Source: Convolutriloba macropyga
Taxonomy: Eukaryota
DNA length: 64,000 nucleotides
Reading direction: 5' to 3'
Assembly: GCF_964194025.1 (NCBI RefSeq)
Contig: NC_134471.1
Location: forward strand, 23,932,001-23,996,000
The notes below the pieces were generated by a model. That model was not told where the DNA came from. It saw nothing but the letters and a program-made list of their open reading frames with translations, and ran no database searches. This document shows, piece after piece, positions 37,760 through 50,277 of the stretch; the stretch's first letter is position 1; each line of letters opens with the position of its first letter. Both the position numbers and the translations under genes were made by a program.

Positions 37760-39850
37760 TTTACAATTCAAAGAATTCGAATTGTATTGGGGCGCTGTCT
37801 TTTTTTTAAGATCTGTTCACACATTTTCATGATTTTTGAAGTCAAATTGGAGTAGTGATTTTGGTCACGCCGAAACAGGAAATTGAGCGAAAAAGCCAGT
37901 GGTTCTGCGACGTCTTCTTTACTCTAATTTTAAAGTAGAGTGAGAAAACGGTGTTTGGACAAAAATTCGCTTTCTCGCTAGTGGTTTTGTGTTCACATGC
38001 GGCATTTTGACACTGAGTTTCGTTTTTTACAGATTTTTTTGATCTGATTTTTTAGAAATGGTTTTCTCAATTCACTCGTAGTCGGTTCTAGGTCTAATTT
38101 TGGTTTAGTCTATGAAAAATCTTTGAATTGTACGTCAGGACTTGTCCTGCTATGTTTTTTTTTACAATTCAAAGAATTTGAATTGTATTGGGGCGCTGTC
38201 TTTTTACGACTCGAAAAGGAAAGAGGAGTATTGGAGAAGTCCTTTTTTTTAATCAATTTTATTGGAGTGATTTTTGAAGCGGGAAATGAAACGCGTGAAA
38301 GAATTTGGAGTGATTTTGGTGCTGAAAAAAAATGAAGAGCGGAGCGAAAAGAGAGTGGTTTTTGTTCATACCGCTGTTTTTCAGAGAGTGAGAAATTGAT
38401 GTGTGAAGAAAATTTCTCTAAGCGAGCGAAATTTTTTTGTTCACGTGCGGCATTTTGAAGCAGTTTTTTTTCATTTATTTTGGTTAAGAGGTTTGGTTAT
38501 GATTTTGTTTTAATTTTAGGCTGGTTTCGGTAGTGGTTTGAAGGTTTTTGGAAATTCATATGAATTTTATGATAATTCGGAGGTTTTTAATGTATTTTGC
38601 TGATTTTCGGGCTAATTATTGCGTTTTTTTGACGATTATACTGTTTTACTGGCTCAAATGGGTATTGAAGAAACCCCTTCTACTTGAGCAAATTTATGAT
38701 AACAATTGGTTACAGTTTTGTGGGTAAGAATCATTTTTTTGTTGAGAAATATGACAAAAAAATGGCGAAAATTGTAACTATTTTTCTTAACTTTTTGCAG
38801 TTTTTCGCTTTTTTACTGTTTGTACAAAGTTTTTTTTAGCCTATTATGACTTGCCTATTGTTTTGCGAGCGTCTGGATACCCTATTGACTGAAGGGAATT
38901 GTTCTTTGGGTTTATATGCTTTTGAAATTTTTTAGAAAATTAGTAACTTTTTCCAGTTTTTCCGTGAAAGTTGTTTTTAAGAGCTTTTTTTCATAATTTC
39001 GCCGAAAATATTTTTTTTAAAATTCACATAAGTGGATTTTTTAAGTACTAGTTGTTTTGATGAAGTTATTTTGGCAGAGATAGTTTTTTCGGTATCTCAA
39101 TTTATAACAAAATTTGATCAGATTTTGTATCATATTTTAAGATTTGATTTTATTGTTTTTACTTTTTTGTTTCATGGTTTTGTTTCAAGATAATCATAAA
39201 TTAATGAAAGCACGTTTTGTTTGATGAGTAGTTGGATGGCTTTAAATGGATTTTCCCTTCGAGTCGTTTCCGGAATTGTTCCGGCTATGTTTTTTTTTAA
39301 GATCTGTTCACACATTTTCATGATTTTTGAAGTCAAATTGGAGTAGTGATTTTGGTCACGCCGAAACAGGAAGTAGAGCGAAAAAGCGAGTGGCTCTGCG
39401 ACATGAAATTTTTTCGCTCTAAATTTAAAGTAGAGTGAGAAAATGGTGTTTGAATAAAAATTCGCTTTCTCGGTAGTGGTTTTTTGTTCACATGCGGCAA
39501 TTTCACTTTGATATTTACTATTTTTTCAATCAGATTTTTTTCTAATTGGTTTTCCCAATCAATTAATATTCCGTTTTAGGTCTAGTTTTGTTTTTAGTCA
39601 ATGAAAATTCTTTGATTTGTACGTCAGGACTTGTCCTGCTATGTTTTTTGTTTCGTCGTCGGACGCTCTTTTTCGTTTTACATTTGTTCACACACTAAAG
39701 CTGAACAATTCAACTTCTCTGAATGACTTTTTCCTCTCACTAACGGCATTTGCGCGCCTGACGTCATTTCTCACTCTCTCTAGCAAGTTTATAGATCATC
39801 TGCGTGATTTCATTTTGATCATACGTGACTTACCTCACTCAATAATATGA
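37760..39850 (-). repeat. Cluster of the same dispersed repeat family as 20524-21480 (copies ~37777-38200, diverged ~38260-38470, ~39270-39850)
   Basis: Shared blocks such as GAATTGTATTGGGGCGCTGTC, TTGTTCACATGCGGCA and TGTACGTCAGGACTTGTCCTGCTATG. Confidence 0.85.
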
Positions 39851-41205
39851 CTTTTCATTTTAAGTTTACTTTGAATTAAGTCAAGGCCAAAGGAACTCAT
39901 ATGTATAAAACGTCCTGAATGAAAAGGCTTCCTTTATCGGGCTTATGAAAAGGCTTCTGAAAAGGCTTAATTTATCGCTGAATGTTTTTTACATAGCTTT
40001 TTGAGCGGCGTCGATAACTTTTTCAAGTTATATTTGCATCGGTTTCTATCTTTTTTATACGGCACGCAAGTCGATTCTTTCGCAGCTATTCTGACAATCT
40101 GCCGGCTATGATTTATTGAGTATAAAAAATTATCTTTGAGCAAGTTTTCCATAGAAAAGTCTGTGTGAAAAAATGACACGCCATTAATGAGAGTAGCCTC
40201 TTGAGAAATAGCGTGTATTAACATTACCGCTAGTGGTTTCTCCTGAATCTTGTTAGTTTTAACTTTAGCTTTAATAACATTGGGTTAAACGGTTGGGATA
40301 ATAACATTTAAACATTGGGAGAAAATTTGGTGCAAGGAATTAGAGGGCTCAGAGTCCAATGATAAAGAGAGTTTGGGCTCAGAGTCCAATGATAAAAAAT
40401 GAGGATCGCAGCCGGATGCTTAACTTTAATAGGCCAAACAATGCGGTTGGTTTAAATTAAAGTTCAGCAATTAAACCAAATAGCGAACTAATCAGTTGTC
40501 GAAGAAATGGCGAATTAATTAGTTGTCGTCTCTTGATTATCTACGTTAGGTCGGATTGCGCTGCACTCTGCCTCTCTGTGGCTGAACGCCCCGGCCGGGG
40601 AGCGTGCAAGCACTAATTGAACTTCGCTGCGCTATTTTATAAACATTGCCGTATATTTGCCCACAGATTAAATACCGTGTTAAGTTGGCCAATCACAGCT
40701 CCAGAATTAATTTAATTGCTTATTTTACGTAAATTGGCAGCGAACTTGGTTTTTTGGTTGTCGGCTGAACACACTGTCGGTCAATGCAGCGTCCACCTGG
40801 GAACACTATTTTTTGCGTGGCAGCTATTCATCCTCGTGGTTTTTATGTGAGTTATTTATCTTGATTGGTTGATTTGTAGATAATCTTCGTAAACGTGTGT
40901 CTTTTTAGGCACAATTTTTACAGTGCTCTAGAACATTATTCGCGTTCAAGTGACTTTTTCACGCTTGGCTTCTTAATTTTTGCGTGATCTCACTTATTAG
41001 CCTAATTGTTGTGATAAACTTATTAAATAGCACTCACTGCTGTTTAATAAGTCATTTCAGATTACAGTTTTGGATAAACTGATAAGATACAATAATCGAA
41101 GAAAGTTTTTGGCGAATAACCCGGATAGGATTGAAAATTCGTCATTCAGACTTTTAATATACCCGGTTAGGGCGGAAACTATCATCTGAATTATACCCGG
41201 TTAGG

Positions 41206-41940
41206 TTGAAAACTATCATTCGACGGCAACGAACTACAACAGAAAGTATGGCTATGGTGGGGGATAACATCAGATCATGGGCGGAACAGTCTGCATGCTA
41301 CTTGTGTGATGACATTGTACAACGGAGTGATTCCATAAATTGTGTAACCTGCAGAAAAGCAGCACATAAATCCTGTATTGGCATTAAAGCACCTATAAAA
41401 GGAGAGATATTATGGAGTTGTGAAAATTGTGGCTTACCCTCAGTTGGTGATATAACTCAACAACTGTCAGAATTGAGCCAGAAAGTGGAAGACCTGCAGC
41501 AATTTCCGGAAAAATTAATTCAGATGCATGCAGAATTCAAACTACTAAAACCGAAGTACAGTTCATTTTTCCAGAAGCCTACTGTATCGCAATCGGTCAC
41601 AAACTCAATATCAGAAACTTCGCAAAAGCCACTGTTTATGTTAGACCCAGAGAGAAAAGGTACTTTCAACCAGGAACTTGGATTTTGGCGAAATAGACTT
41701 GGCAGCAATAACAGTGTTAAACGACCTAAACCAAATAACTGGGATATCGGTCAAGGCGACTTTATTGCTAAATCAAACAGGCCAAAAAGAATCCAAAACG
41801 TTGGCACAAGGGCAAGTTAAAATGACTTTAGTGGAGTGATACGAAAGCAAAGCAGACGGCACATCTATCTAGGGCGCTTGAATACAAACTGCACTGAGGA
41901 ATTGATGAAGAACTGGTGTGCAAAAAATGGAGCTTAGTTA
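41206..41940 (+). pseudogene. LINE ORF1 with PHD finger and coiled coil (likely start ATG 41248; interrupted by a stop at 41818-41820)
   Basis: CYLC...CVTCRKAAHKSC...WSCENC is a C4HC3 PHD pattern. It is followed by heptads (LSELSQKVEDL), and the frame continues past the stop as RRHIYLGRL (RRM-like). Confidence 0.85.
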
Positions 41941-41989
41941 CTACATCTAAAATCGAACTTACACTTCTCTCGCATATAAGTACGTCAGA

Positions 41990-44509
41990 TTTTGAAGCTG
42001 CCCTTTTCTGTTCCCAAGAAAGTTATCACACTGTGCTTGCTCGACAGGCCACCGTCAGGCAACACAAAAGTGTTTCTGGAGTTTTTATGCAATAACATTT
42101 AACCCTTATCGATTGAGAGTGACCTGTTTTTAATCGGTGATGTTAATATGCCTCAGAGCGCTGCCCTAAATGCCTTTTTCCAAGAAACTTCCCTAACACA
42201 GCTAGTGAAGAAACCAACTCATCGTGCAGGAAATATTCTGGAGCTTTTGGTAACAAATGAACCGTATTTATTTTCTGAGATCGAACAACAACGCTTAGAC
42301 TACAGTGACCACGACCTCATCAAATTCTGTTTCTTTTCCATGAAGTCGTTTCCTCAAAAAGCGTAAAGCAAACTGTTTTCAGAGCGTGGAAGAAAGCCGA
42401 TATAAATAAGCTTGCGAATGATGTAGAGTTGACCTTAGATCTGAATGGACACCTTACCTGTGTAGATACTGCTGCTGAACTCCTTGTCGATGCAATGGAT
42501 TTTGCTGCAAAAGAAACCATTCCAATCGAGAGGCGCAGCTCCAAATTGGCTCTTTGTCCTTTCTTCGACAGAGAGCTTCAAGATTTAAAGAGACAGGAGA
42601 AAACTCGAAAAAAAGTATAAGAAAAATCCAGGCAACCAAAGTAAAGAAAAGTTTTTGGCGGCAATCAGGAGATGTAAGGAGATGTTCAAACGAAAGAAAA
42701 CTGAATTTTTTGATGAGCAGGTTAATCGAAATGTCGATCTTAAAAAGAAGTACAGCAGCTTCAATATGCTTATGGGCGTTAAAACTACAGAAAAACTGCC
42801 TGTTGGTTGGGGAACAGATGCTGAATATGCACAAAATTTAATTACTTGTTTGAGGAAAAGGTAACAAAAATCAAAAGTTCTATTGAAAACGCCACCACGA
42901 CAACAGTTGACAAACTACTCTCTTTAAAACCAATACACTCAAGCCATGTTAATCCAATGAGTGTTTTCAATCCCGTGGATCTGAATGCTCTGGACAAAGC
43001 TTTTACTGAAATGTCAAATAGCTACTGTGAACTAGATTCCATGCCTACTGTGCTCTGCAAGCAGCTGTACAAATCATGGAATTTTTTCTTTTTATTCTTG
43101 ATAAACATGAGTTTTCAAAATGTCATTTTTCCTAAATTTTTTAAAAAAATGCCTCGAAGCCGAAACTTAAAAAGCAATCTTTGGACACAGAAGATCCAAA
43201 AAGCTATAGGCCCATTGCAAACTCTTCCTTCTTTTCTAAACTTGAGAGAACTGCTGCAGGTCAACTACGGAGACATCTAGATCAATATTGCCTGCTTGAC
43301 CCACAGCAATCAGCATACCGACGCTTCCATTCTACAGAAAGTTGTCTCAAGACCATAAACGACCTTTATGTAGAACTTGATCAAGGAAAATACCTTTTAG
43401 TAATTGCGCTTGAACCAAGTGGAGCTTTTGACATACTGGATTTTGCTAATTTTGGAAAAATTTTGGAAGAGCGCTTCAAAATCACAGGAAAATGTTAAAA
43501 AAGGATCATGTCTTACTTAACCGAAAGAAAACAAATTCAAATTTGGAAATCATTTTCTTCAGAGACCGAAGTTTTCTACGGAGTACCTCAGGGCTCCATT
43601 CTCGGACCGATGATTTTCTCGATGTATACAACCCCAATTGGCGATCTTATCTAACAATGCAACCTACGGTACCAAATGTACGCCGATGACAGTTTTGTAC
43701 ACCAAAATCGAAATAGTTCGAAGAGCCACTTATTGAAACGCTGAGGTTACAAGTTAAAGAATTTTTCGGAGCTTTTACAGCCTTGCTACTCAAAGTTAAT
43801 CCGGACAAAACTGAAATAATATTATTGTCTACTAAAAAGAAACGTCCAAATATCACAACGCTAAAACTGGACGATATTGTTTTGAATATCAGTAGAAATT
43901 TGGCTTCACTTGGTATTAGTTTTGATCAGGACTTGAGTTTCGAAAAGAATGTAAACAAAATCACGAGCTCTTGCTACAATGAACTCAGAAAACTCTATAG
44001 AATAAAACATTATCTTTCTTTAGAGTCATGAAAAATTGCTGTACAAAATCTAATTATCTCTAGGCTTGACTACTGCAATGCTATATTATTGGGTTTAAAC
44101 ATCAAAGAAATATCAAAATTGCAGAGGGTACAGAATGCCGCTTGCAGATTCATTTTCAACCTGCGAAAATCTGAGTCTTGTCGTGAATTCAGATACAACG
44201 TGCACTGGTTGCCTGTTGCTCAGCGAATCGACTAAAAATTTTTTTGACATTCACAAAATTGTGTACAACCCTAATGTGCCACTTTATTTGAAAAGCCTAT
44301 TGACTTTACAGTACAAATATAACCAAACTCGCTCCGAAAACAAATGGACATTGAAGTTGCCAAAAATCAAAAACTCTTACGGTTCACGAGCTTTCTCTTT
44401 TCTTGGCCCAAAGAAGTGGAATGCTCTGCCCTCACACCTACGTTGTATAGCTGATCATATATTGTCCAGGAAAGAGTTAAAAACGTTTCTTTTCTCGAGT
44501 TCTTACTGA
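41990..44509 (+). pseudogene. LINE ORF2 (AP endonuclease + reverse transcriptase), multiple frameshifts and stops, endonuclease N-terminus deleted
   Basis: LIGDVN, PTHRAGNILEL and SDH (endonuclease); YRPIAN, QSAYRRFHSTE, AFD, GVPQGSILGP (~43580) and YADD (43679-43690); C-terminal SRLDYCN, QNAACR, HWLPV, RAFS.GPK.WNALP. Confidence 0.93.
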
Positions 44510-44529
44510 ATGCGTCTTTCAGAGAGAAA

Positions 44530-45170
44530 ATGGAAAACAAAATTGTTCGGAGGTCCAGAATAAGCGAAATCAAATGTAATTTAATGAAACGACGCTGTAC
44601 AGTCGTCCAATTGAGTAAACCCTATCGCAAATTAATCCTTCCAGAGAAAAGTCAACGAGTGTTTCAAAATTGTATATTAGGATCGTCGCTGGTGTATGGC
44701 GTGTTTGTTGAAAATTGTTTGTTGTCGCAATTACTATATCTTGCCCATGAGGCTGCATCTCAACACTCTGCAGCAATCGCGTAATTGAAGATATGAAATC
44801 ATTTGGTGTAAGAAATGTAGTTGTTATGGCTGGTACAAACAACCTGTTCGATAAACGTAATAAACCACTGATGGAACCTATTGAAACATCAGATGAGATG
44901 TATTATCTTAATGAAAAACTCAAATTCTAAAAGTTTAAAGTAACGATTATGGCACTAATTAACCAAAAAGACAAATGGAAAATCATTAAGAAAGTAAATG
45001 AGTGCTACCGGGATGTTGCACGCGATCATCGGATTCCTTTCATTGAACATAAAAAGTTTCGATATCGGCATATTTCTTCAGATGGAGTGCATCCAAATCC
45101 GCAAGATATTCGGGAATTGGCGTCTGATTTTCGGTATGCTTTCAAGCAGATTGAACAGTGGCATTTTTAA
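44530..45170 (+). pseudogene. SGNH/GDSL-hydrolase (esterase) ORF with one frameshift and two in-frame stops
   Basis: Block I ILGSS (44680), block II SCP*GCI (TGA at 44748, probably from GGA), block III VVMAGTNN (44832), block V DGVHP (45081). Second stop is TAA at 44928. Confidence 0.8.
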
Positions 45171-45189
45171 AGCAAGTATGGTTTTATCA

Positions 45190-45600
45190 AATTTTAATTC
45201 AGTAGTGAGAATTGCTCGGTTAGAGCAGAAGTTTGACGTTCGATTGAATGCTCGGTTAGAGCAGATTACTTAGTTTTGAGGCTCGGATTTATCAGATTTT
45301 AATTCAGTAGTTGTGAAAAAGCTCGCTTAGAGCAGAAGTTTGTCATCCGATTGAATGCTTGGTTAGAGCCGAATACTTACAGTTTTGAGGCTCGGTTAGA
45401 GCAGAAGACATCCGGTGAAAACATTAGTTAGAGCGGAAGTTATGTTAATTGTTCTACTTTGGGATCATGTATATTCTTAGAGAAGAAAGAAGATATTCTA
45501 TTTGATCTGCTTTGGAAACATGTCTATGCTCGGATAGAGTGGAAGTTATTCTAATTGTTCTTTTTGGAAACACATTAATGCTCGGATAGAGCGGAAATCT
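45190..45600 (+). repeat. Imperfect tandem repeats built on GCTCGG(T/A)TAGAGC(A/G)GAAG
   Basis: Motif recurs about 8 times; a higher-order ~108-bp unit occurs at ~45192 and ~45298. Confidence 0.8.
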
Positions 45601-45916
45601 AGATGAGATCATGAATCCAACCTACCTCTGTGTCCAGAAGAGGTGGAGAAACAAGACCCTCTACTAATTACTCTCATTCTGAAATAAAGTTTGTTGCTAA
45701 AAATAAAAGCGATTGTACGGAATGGAGTATTAAAAAAATTTTAAAATTTCTAAGCTACACCACCTCTAAATCAAATGCCTCCCCGCCGCTCTGTTGTTCG
45801 AGAGGAATCCATCAGCCGTTAGTCGGTTTATGTTATAATTTGTTGGGTTTGCGTGGGTAGGGTTTTGTTGGAGAGGGCTACCGATGCTAGAAGACTATCA
45901 GTTTTGTTTCTTTTAG

Positions 45917-46053
45917 GTAAATTGTGTTGTCCAAAGTGTCGTAACAAGTTGGGCTCTTTCAACTGGAGTGGTGCCCAGTGCAGCTGTGGTGCGTGGGTGG
46001 CACCCGCTTTCCAACTTCACAAAAACGCCGTTGACCATGCCACGTCAACCTGA
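45917..46053 (+). CDS. DUSP12: DUSP12 terminal exon (GKLCCPKCRNKLGSFNWSGAQCSCGAWVAPAFQLHKNAVD)
   Basis: GTTTTGTTTCTTTTAG| phase-1 acceptor; diagnostic YVH1 C-terminal motif CPKC..KLGSF.W.G.QCSCG.W..PAF; stop TGA. Confidence 0.95.
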
Positions 46054-49000
46054 AAATACGTTCAACAGCTCACCGGTTGAAAAAAAGATAAATCGCGCAT
46101 TTTCTGCATCGAAATGGACTCTGAACTGACCATTTACAGCTTTTATAAGTTGAATCGTTAATCTTTGAGCCAAAATGGAAAGAACTACAAATTGAACTTG
46201 ACATTGATATGGGTGCTGTATTTGAGTTAAGAGCTTTTTGGCACGTACTCACAGTTGTTGGAAATCATACTTAGAACCTATGCAGTTTTTAGTGAGATTT
46301 GAATTATTAGTTTTGATTGAGTTCCCTAGAATGTGGAAAACGCAACTGTTTTTTGTAAATGTATTTTGCAAATGTAAAAAGGGCCTTATAGTGCGTGAAA
46401 TGGCGACAAAGAACAATTATTTTTAACTGGTAATTATACTGCTTTGTCATTATAGCCAAAAAATTAGCGCACGATAAATTAAAAAGTAAGGCCACTGGCT
46501 GCAATGTTAAGAGCTGAGGGCATCCGGAAGTATAGGACACTGATGCATGCACGTCCTGATGTTAACTGTTGGCCGCTGAACAATTAAGTTCACCGAACAA
46601 AGTTCGTTCGCAGACTTGATCAAAGTATCTTTCATGTCGGAATTCTAATCCAGATGCTGAACCAAACACCAAACCCGCAAAGAATTTAACAATACCTCAT
46701 TTACAATGCTAAATCTTGAATATACGGGACTGTTAAATGGTCTCACTAAAGTTCGACCTTCTTGAAGTTGACTTTGGTTGGCTTTGAATGATGCCACAAT
46801 TATGTAAGAGATGCGACTAGTTGATCTCCTTGTGGATAGTTGATCTCGTTCTGCTACTTCGTACCGTATACCAGACCCAGGTAATCTGTATAACTTCTGG
46901 AACTTGATTAAACTACGTCAATGCCCTCACTGGTAACAATAAGTGAAAATCAAATGTTTTTGGGTACGACGCTGGTTTAAAATTTTGTTGCAGGTTTGAG
47001 AAATCAACATTTTGAGGTATGGTTTGGAGCATTTTAAGCAACTACAGGGGTTAGTGGGAAATACTGATGTCAAAATCTATATCCCAAATTTTATGAGATG
47101 AAGAATTTAATATGCGAAGAATTAGTCCTTCATTCAGAATCAGTGAGGAAGCTGACTGTTGTTCTCCACCGTATAATAAAAACGCCTGCCTCTTAGTGCT
47201 GATACATCGCCTATTCATCACCTGGACCTAAAAAATTAATCTAATTTTGTTTACGTCTGAAAGAGATTTTTGAGCATGCTTAAGTTTATCCTCCCAGCAT
47301 ATCTCGAGACAACGGCTAATGTATTTTTGCATTATTGATAAATCAATTAGCCACTCAGCAATAGAATAAACAAAACCGTAACACCCGAGTGACTAGTTGT
47401 CAAATTCCTATAATAATGGCATTTTGCTAGCGCCGTTTTTGTTATCTAGCTTTACGACGCAGAGGGAGATCCGAAAATTTCCGCTTTAGTAAAAATCGTT
47501 CAAAAAAAATGAGCAAAATTAAGAGAGAAGCTAAGTATTTTTCTCAAACGTGGTTCTACCGTTTTTGCGAAATTGAGTTACTTTCAAGTTGGAACTTGAG
47601 TGACAAGTCCTGCAGCACATCTATCTATAATCGGCAACTGTGTGTAATTTAATGCGCACATTTGAGCATGCAAAAGTAAATTGCAGGTAAGTTAGAGCTT
47701 TTTTAATTGAGCATTTGAAAGTTGTTTAAAAAATATAGCATATAGGACTTAGATAAAATTGCTAGTCTGTTCACCAATGCAGAGAAATCGATAAGAAAAT
47801 TTATATTTGTGCTGGAAGTCGGGAATCAGCAATGAAATTTTAGCTCTGGAATCAGCAATACACCACTAGGACGGAATGGAATCACCACACACCCAAATGA
47901 CATCCAAAAGCAAAACGAAACAACGTGAAAGTATTATCCCAGAGGAAAATTCAGCACGATAAAACAAAAACTCAAAGAAACGCTTATGTACTCAATCAGG
48001 AAAAAAACTACGTGTTTTAAGTCTTATTGTCAATATTCTATTGTCTATAATTTATGAAAAAATTTTCATCGCCTTAGCCGAGGTGATTTTTTTGTTTTAT
48101 AAGATATTCAGACGGTGTCAACGTGTGAAGAACTGTTCAGGTTGAAAAAAGGGACTTTTCAGAAAAAATTAGGACACCTAGCAATAGACACTTGTCAATA
48201 GACACATGTAAATAGACGCAAAAAATATACACAGAATGGGGGCATTTCTCATAAAAACAACTGAAATTGAAAATAATTGTGCATGTGATATGTTTTGATT
48301 ACAATGATAATCCTAGATATAACCAATGAAAAAATTCCTTTTAATAGTCTATCAACTTAAATTCCCTATCAAACCTTAGCCAGTATAATTGACTTTTTTT
48401 CTGAAAAATCCTGAAAATTGAAGTCTTTGGGAGTTTTTGGTTATGTCAATCCCAATTGCCGATCTAGAATTCAACAAATAAAAAGGTCGTGGTAAATTTG
48501 AGTCCTCTATGGTATATTTCTAACCATTTAACTAGTTAATCACTTTTAGTTCCAATTAATTAATAAAGTTTTAAAGCACTTTTAAAATAAGGAGTAATTG
48601 CGGATTATAGATAAGTTCAGTTTTAAAATTAGATTACTTTAGTGCGGAACCGAGTGACGCTTAGTGCGAAAAAGCGATTCGTAAATCGAGCAAAATACAT
48701 AGCGCGCGGAAAAATGGGGTAAATAGCTTGTATTTCAATTCCACGGTCACGATTTGGACACTTCTGCGAACATGGGTTGCGCAATGCATTTCCCTTGAAT
48801 TTTGGCAGATTTTGCTCCAGTGTGTTTTTTGCAGTGGTGTTGCATTTTCAATGTTTTAATGGACAAAAAACGATAAAGATACACATATCGAGCAGATTTG
48901 CTCGTGAAAATTTGGGTATACCTCTGCGGCGTTATGTAGTTGCTTTCATTAAAAGTTAGTCTGCTCTTAGTAACTGGCGACGTCATCGTTCATCGTTTCT

Positions 49001-50277
49001 ATTGTCACAACTTGCTGCATTACTATCTACTGCACACAACTATCTGTCAAAAAGAGTTAACTTCATTGAACTCATGCTATTCGACTCGAAATCAGTGGTA
49101 TATGCAGATCGATGAGTGAAACCTCGTAAAAGTAAAAATCTTAAAAGTATACCAGAAGAAACTCTTCATAACCGAGCTTTCAATCCTTGTACCTTCGACC
49201 AATTTTTGCGTCCGAACTCTATAAAATTGAGTTACTTGTCAATGAAATTTTGATAACGTTGGAGCAAAAAAATTGCTAATTAGCGCGGCTGCATTTAGTC
49301 GCAAAAAAGCTGAATGAGATATGTTAACTCGACAAGAGAACCAATGTTTTTCTAGCAGCTTAATTGTTAAATCTCACATTCTGCAGAAAATAGAACTGAA
49401 TTGCTTAGAAATATTTTTGTCAATATCATGACAGAAGAAATTTAAGACGTTGCCATGGTCACATAAGAGTGTTGTTACAGTGACAAAAGAGCGCCGTTCG
49501 CAACAAACATATCCTATTTCAATTTAGGTTTCGCTAACATTTCTATAACTGCTCTTATGAGTGCCGTACGGCCTTTGCTAAAACGATACCACTACTACTA
49601 CTGCTACACCATTACAACATAATTGAAAATCTTGATTAGATAGCATTATACAAAAATGCATCTAGCACCTAAACCCCAAGCGAAATTACTCAAGTTGTCA
49701 AACGTGCTCATCAATTGATGCAATTAGGTAATGCCCAAATATAGTTACAATGGTGCCGCTACAAATTGAAATACGAAGCATTGCTCAAGCGACAGCTATA
49801 TCCCCACAAAACTAAGATACTTGAGTACTGAGTACCCTATGCGGAAACTTTTGTTCGCTATTGACCACAGGAATCAACTCTAGTGTCTAATAAGAGTAGT
49901 AAGTAAATACTGTCTCAAGAGAGTGGGGGGTTATCCTACGATACTTAAACATGGGATAATAGGGGGTTATCCTAGACGGAAAGGGATTAACTTTCATTCT
50001 TTACCAGATGTGATTATGTAAGACTATTTCCAAGGCGGCAAACTTGTTTTCGGTCAAACAGCCAACGTTGTTCTAAATTTTGTTCCGATAAGAGCTTCAA
50101 GTGAACAAAATATTGAAACATATTTTAGCACTCATAAACACAAAATTTACATGATTAGGAATTCAAAAGGCGCAGTTTGGGCAGTTAGGTACAAGTTTAT
50201 AGTCTGCGCGCAACTTTAAATGCTGGTTCTTCTTCATAATTGCTACTACTTTCATATGATTCATATAATCGCTACTA

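Larger units (their letters stand above)
40750..45710 (+). mobile_element. Decayed CR1/L2-group non-LTR retrotransposon in DUSP12 intron 3 (ends approximate)
   Basis: PHD ORF1, AP-endonuclease and RT fragments, downstream SGNH ORF, 3' repeats, AATAAA at ~45683 and ~45701. No TSD identified. Confidence 0.85.

Noticed and set aside
46480-47230. Possible minus-strand exons converging on DUSP12 (open frames at ~46696-46896 and ~47050-47228)
   Set aside because: Splice-like sites exist, but I could not build a consistent phase chain or recognise any domain.
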